Source: Gemmatimonadales bacterium (GTDB lineage: Bacteria; Gemmatimonadota; Gemmatimonadetes; Gemmatimonadales; GWC2-71-9). From it: a stretch of 24,865 nucleotides of DNA. This document shows positions 20,942 through 24,865 of this stretch, piece by piece. The stretch covers positions 1 to 24,865 of the forward strand of contig JBFJHJ010000038.1 of NCBI GenBank assembly GCA_041613315.1. Reading direction: 5' to 3'. The position numbers and the translations under genes were made by a program. The notes beneath the pieces were generated by a model. That model had not been told where the DNA came from, searched no databases, and was given only the letters and a program-made list of their open reading frames with translations. Within the stretch, counting starts at the first letter, position 1. The number at the start of each line of letters is the position of its first letter.

Positions 20942-21421
20942 ATGACGCGCCCTAGATTCCGGCCCACCCCGGCCGGCAGCATCGCTGCCGGCTACACCCT
21001 GATCGAGCTCGCGATCACGCTGACCCTCGCCGGCCTGCTCTCGGGGATGGTGTTCTGGGGACTGGGCTCGTCCCTGGGCCGGGCCCGCGTCAACCGGGTG
21101 GCGTCGACCTTGGCCTCCGACCTCCAGTACGCCCAGGTCACCGCCGCCCGTCAGCGCCGCCCGGTCGTCGTCATCGTGGATCCGTCCGTGAGGATGTACC
21201 TGATCCGCGACCGGGCGAACGCCAGCCTGGTGTTCCGGCGCCGCTTCCTGGGGGCCGGCTCCGAGCACGGACTCGATTCCCTGGCGGCGACCCCTGCCAC
21301 GTCCGTCGAGATCTTCCCCAACGGCGTGGCGCGGGAGACCACCACCTTCACGGTGGGACTCGGGGGCTACGCGCGGCAGGTCAAGCTCACCCGCGCGGGC
21401 CAGGTGCGGCTCGGTGGCTAG
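20942..21421 (+). CDS. Type IV minor pilin, FimT/FimU/GspH-like
   Basis: Prepilin motif AG|YTLIEL, hydrophobic helix, L.SDLQYAQ.TA, and C-terminal F.PNG...V.LT.AGQV. Confidence 0.82.
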   Translation: MTRPRFRPTPAGSIAAGYTLIELAITLTLAGLLSGMVFWGLGSSLGRARVNRVASTLASDLQYAQVTAARQRRPVVVIVDPSVRMYLIRDRANASLVFRRRFLGAGSEHGLDSLAATPATSVEIFPNGVARETTTFTVGLGGYARQVKLTRAGQVRLGG

Positions 21422-21812
21422 CCGGTCGCGGGAGGCGGGCGTCTCGCTGATCGAGATCATGCTCGCGCTGAGCATTCTCTCGACGGTGCTCGTCGCCTTG
21501 GGGGGCCTCATGTTCCAGGCGGCCTCGCACACGCGCCGCTCGGCCGCCATCGCCTTTCGCGGCGCGGCCAGCGAGCGGGCCGCGGCGTGGGTCCAGAACC
21601 TGCCCTGGGACAGCCTCACCTCCGCGGTGGGGTGCGCGACGGACACGTCGGGCCAGCTCGTCTACACGCGGTGCGTCACCCTACAGACCACGTCGCCCCA
21701 ACTCCGGCGCATGTCGGTGGTGATCACGCCCACCGGGCCCGTCGTGATCAAACCGGACACCGTCGTGATTGACCGCAACCGGCCGCGCCAGCGGTCCACG
21801 CTCAGCCCATGA
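21414..21812 (+). CDS. Type IV minor pilin, PilV/GspI-like
   Basis: Prepilin motif AG|VSLIEI, small size, second position in the cluster and overlap with its neighbours. Confidence 0.8.
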   Translation: MASRSREAGVSLIEIMLALSILSTVLVALGGLMFQAASHTRRSAAIAFRGAASERAAAWVQNLPWDSLTSAVGCATDTSGQLVYTRCVTLQTTSPQLRRMSVVITPTGPVVIKPDTVVIDRNRPRQRSTLSP

Positions 21813-22633
21813 ACCCACGGGGGTTCACCCTGGTCGAGCTGCTGATCGCGCTGACGGTGTTCGCGATCCTGGGCGTCGCGCTCGCGCGCATGCTGGTGAG
21901 CGACTCGCGGTTCGTGAGCGAGCAGGAGGCGATGATGCTGGCGCGCCAGACCGCCCGGGCCGCGCGGAACGCGATGACGGTGGAGCTCCGGATGGTGGGC
22001 GACAACGGGCTCCTCGCCGCGGCGGCAGAGAGCGTGGCGGTTCGCGTGCCCTACGCGTTCGGGATGACCTGTCAGAGCGGGATGGCCGGGACGGTCGCCA
22101 CCCTGATGCCGCCGGATTCTCTCATGTACGCGTCCGCGGTCCCGAGCGGCATGGCGTGGCGCGGGACGACCGGCACGTACACGTTCGTGACCGGCGTGAC
22201 GGTCACGTCCTCGACGGTCACGTCCGCCTGCACGGCCGACAGCATCCGGACCGTGCCCGGCAGCATGCTGATCAACATCAGCGGCATCCCGGGGCCGCTG
22301 ATCCCCCCGTCGGGGCGCATCTTCCACCTCTACCAGAACGTCACCTACCGTTTCGGAGCCTCCACCGAGTTCCCGGGGCGGCGTGCGCTGTGGCGGCGGC
22401 GGGGCACCGATCCGGTGGACGAACTGGTCGCGCCGTTCGACACCGCCGCGCGGTTCGCGTTCCTGGTCGGCCCGAACTCCACGATGCAAGAGGCCCCGCC
22501 CTTCGACCTCACGACGGTGCGCGGCCTCGAGCTGCGGCTCGTGGGCGCCAGCGTGTCCCCGGCTCAGGGCCGGACGAGCCCCGAAACGTTCCCGCTCGTC
22601 ACCCGCGTCGCCTTCGCCAACCGGTTGAACTGA
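21809..22633 (+). CDS. Type IV minor pilin, PilW/GspJ-like
   Basis: Prepilin motif RG|FTLVEL, ELRMVG motif and ATGA overlap. Confidence 0.85.
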   Translation: MNPRGFTLVELLIALTVFAILGVALARMLVSDSRFVSEQEAMMLARQTARAARNAMTVELRMVGDNGLLAAAAESVAVRVPYAFGMTCQSGMAGTVATLMPPDSLMYASAVPSGMAWRGTTGTYTFVTGVTVTSSTVTSACTADSIRTVPGSMLINISGIPGPLIPPSGRIFHLYQNVTYRFGASTEFPGRRALWRRRGTDPVDELVAPFDTAARFAFLVGPNSTMQEAPPFDLTTVRGLELRLVGASVSPAQGRTSPETFPLVTRVAFANRLN

Positions 22634-22634
22634 C

Positions 22635-23705
22635 GTGCGCCGCGCGTTCCGCGAAGACGGCATGGCGCTTCCCGCGACGCTCCTCCTCGTCGCGCTCATC
22701 ACGGTGATGCTGGCCACGGCGTTCGTGCGGGTGGAGGCGGACCGGCGGATCGCTGAATCGGCCGGCGACTTGGTGGACGCGCTGACCGTGGCACAGAGCG
22801 GCCTGCACACCTATTTCGCCACCGCGAGCTTCGACGCGTGCGACCGCGCCGTGCGGCCGCCCGACGGCGACTCGGTCCGCATCAACGTCACGGGCGGGTA
22901 CGCGGACGTCGTGGCGCGGGTCGTGCGAAAGCCGCCCGACACTCTGACCGCGTGGACCTACGTCGTGCGCGCGACCGGCCGCGTGATCGAGCCGGTGATG
23001 GGGAGCGACCCGCAGGCGTCGCGCACCGTCGCACAGTTCGCCGAATGGCAGCGCGCGCGGTTGACCGCCCCGGCGGTGTTCAGCGCGGCGAACGGGTTGG
23101 TCCGCACCGGCAGCACCGCCGAGTTTAGAGGCACCGACTACGCGTCGGGAGGCTGCGCCGTCTCGACGATTGGCGCCATGATGTTGCCGGTGGCCGAACA
23201 GCCGGCGTCGTATTCCGGCTGGACGATCAGCGGTTCCATCCTCACGGGCGCCGACGGCCCTGCCGTCGCCAACGCCACCGGCATCGACTGGGCCGGCACG
23301 ATCACGCGCACCATCCCCGACTACACCACCGTGCAAATGGGCGACCCATCGTACCCCGTGATGCTCGTGACGGGCGACGCCACGATCAGCAGCGGCGTCA
23401 CGAGCTACGGAGCCTTGATCGTGACCGGCAACCTCACGTTCAGCAACAGCGCGGAACTCAGGTGGTACGGCGTGATCTTGGTGGGCGGGCAGCTCAGCTT
23501 TACAGGCGGTGGTGAGCTCCACATGCACGGTCTCGTGGCGGGCGGTCTCAATGAGCAGCTCGGCTCGAATCCGCCCCTGACCGGGGTGGGGACGAAAGAC
23601 GTGAAGATCCACTACGACTCGCGAGAGCTCCGACGCGCGCTCCGTTCCTGGGCCGGGTGGGTACCGATCCGGAACGCGTGGGTGGACAACTGGGCCACCT
23701 ACTAG
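22635..23705 (+). CDS. PilX/GspK-like minor pilin
   Basis: EDG|MALPA N-terminus lacking Glu5, A...AQSG, VRATGRV, and a beta-rich C-terminal region (GALIVTGNLTF, GVILVGG). Confidence 0.75.
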   Translation: MRRAFREDGMALPATLLLVALITVMLATAFVRVEADRRIAESAGDLVDALTVAQSGLHTYFATASFDACDRAVRPPDGDSVRINVTGGYADVVARVVRKPPDTLTAWTYVVRATGRVIEPVMGSDPQASRTVAQFAEWQRARLTAPAVFSAANGLVRTGSTAEFRGTDYASGGCAVSTIGAMMLPVAEQPASYSGWTISGSILTGADGPAVANATGIDWAGTITRTIPDYTTVQMGDPSYPVMLVTGDATISSGVTSYGALIVTGNLTFSNSAELRWYGVILVGGQLSFTGGGELHMHGLVAGGLNEQLGSNPPLTGVGTKDVKIHYDSRELRRALRSWAGWVPIRNAWVDNWATY

Positions 23706-23765
23706 ACCCCCACGGACTCCGGCGCCGCATCGGCAGCACCTGACGGACGCCACACCGGCATTCCG

Positions 23766-23774
23766 TGTTACATT
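23766..23774 (+). promoter_or_regulatory. Extended -10 element (TGnTACATT) of a probably leaderless sco transcript
   Basis: Ends 7 nt before GTG 23782, with no SD sequence in between. Confidence 0.5.
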
Positions 23775-23781
23775 CCCCACC

Positions 23782-24495
23782 GTGCTCGCCCCCATACCGC
23801 GTTCCATCACCCGCACGGCCCGTCGCCCGAAGGCGCACGCGCCTGCTGCGGTCGCGACAGGGCTTCTGGCCCTCGCGATGCTCCTCGCGGCGTGCGGACC
23901 GGCGCCGACTCCACGGGATCTCCGTGGCACCGTGCTGGCGGAGCCGTGGGAAAAGCCGGCGTTCACCCTGGCACGGACTGACGGCTCACCGTTCGACTTT
24001 GGCCGCGAGACCGACGGGTCGGTTACCCTCCTTTTCTTCGGCTACACCCACTGCCCCGACGTTTGTCCGGTGCACATGGCGAACCTGGCCGCGGTGCTGG
24101 CCAGATTGCCGCCCGACGTGGCGAGCCGCGTCATGGTTGTATTCGTCACGACGGACCCCGCGCGAGACACGCCCGAACGGCTCCGGCGGTGGCTCGCCGA
24201 GTTCGACCCGCGGTTCGTCGGCTTGCTCGGCCCGCTGGAGAAGGTGAACGCAATCCAGCAGCGTATCGGGCTGGCACCGGCCGTGCCGCAGGAGCCGGCC
24301 ACACCGGGCGCGGACTATCTCGTGGGGCACGCGGCGCGAGTCATCGCCTACGGCGCGGACGGGCTCGCCCGCGTCGTCTACCCCTTCGGGACTCGGCAGG
24401 CGGATTGGGCGCACGATCTCCCGATCCTGGTGCGCGCGCGATGGGAGCGCGGAGCGGGACCGCCGACAACACGCCGCGGCACCGACGGACCGTGA
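23782..24495 (+). CDS. SCO1/SenC family copper chaperone lipoprotein
   Basis: FFGYTHCPDVCP (CxxxC), DPARDTPE, conserved His (VGHAA) and LAAC lipobox. The exact start is uncertain. Confidence 0.93.
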   Translation: MLAPIPRSITRTARRPKAHAPAAVATGLLALAMLLAACGPAPTPRDLRGTVLAEPWEKPAFTLARTDGSPFDFGRETDGSVTLLFFGYTHCPDVCPVHMANLAAVLARLPPDVASRVMVVFVTTDPARDTPERLRRWLAEFDPRFVGLLGPLEKVNAIQQRIGLAPAVPQEPATPGADYLVGHAARVIAYGADGLARVVYPFGTRQADWAHDLPILVRARWERGAGPPTTRRGTDGP

Positions 24496-24865
24496 TCTGG
24501 TGGTGTTCGGCCCAGGGGACCCCCTGGAGTTGGTCGTGGCAGGCGTATCCCGGAGCGTGGCTCTTCGTGGCGGCGCTCGTCGCGGGCTACGTGCTCGCCG
24601 CGCGGCGATTGGGCGACCGGGGAGGCGGGGCCGCACCGCACCGGGTCCTGTCGTTCGCGGCGGGCGCGGTCCTCCTCTGGATCGTCGTGGACTGGCCCGT
24701 CGGGCCCCTCGGCGCCGGCTATCTCGCCAGCGTCAACATGGGGCGCTACCTCGTCTTCGCCCTGATTGCGCCGCCGCTCCTGATCCACGGCCTGCCGCCG
24801 CACGCGCTCCGCGCGCTTCTCGCGCCACGCTGGGCGATGCGGGCGGCCCGGCGGCTCAGCCACCC
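24492..24865 (+). CDS. Caa3_CtaG-like cytochrome c oxidase assembly protein (5' part, runs off the window)
   Basis: Not in the ORF track; translated by hand from GTG 24492 (GTGA overlap with sco): MIWWCSAQGTPWSWSWQAYPGAW...DWPVGPLGAGYLASVNMGRYLVFALIAPPLLIHGLP. APPLL motif and sco adjacency support the call. Confidence 0.75.
   Translation, partial: MIWWCSAQGTPWSWSWQAYPGAWLFVAALVAGYVLAARRLGDRGGGAAPHRVLSFAAGAVLLWIVVDWPVGPLGAGYLASVNMGRYLVFALIAPPLLIHGLPPHALRALLAPRWAMRAARRLSH

Overview
High-GC bacterial chromosomal segment (roughly 70% GC by eye). Gene content and style suggest Gemmatimonadota, which is an inference. No mobile elements, CRISPR arrays, rRNA or tRNA were seen. In order, the window holds: (1) a SAM-II-class riboswitch followed by an intrinsic terminator, leading metH and a YitJ-type homocysteine S-methyltransferase/MTHFR fusion, with a convergent divergent-sequence MTHFR-fold gene; (2) a membrane diguanylate cyclase, an SDR and a PrcB-type lipoprotein; (3) a two-gene membrane operon (DUF4352-like, DUF4153/DUF4173) behind an AT-rich promoter with an ACTTTG-N5-CAAAGT palindrome; (4) a complete uncharacterised MoxR system (membrane protein, DUF4129, DUF4350, MoxR AAA+, DUF58/vWA) set head-to-head with an RDD-SpoIIM fusion; (5) DUF2911, a Spy/CpxP-like periplasmic protein and a ferredoxin-reductase-type flavoprotein; (6) a four-gene type IV minor pilin cluster; (7) SCO and a truncated CtaG-like copper assembly gene. 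Family assignments come from motif recognition by eye, not from database searches.
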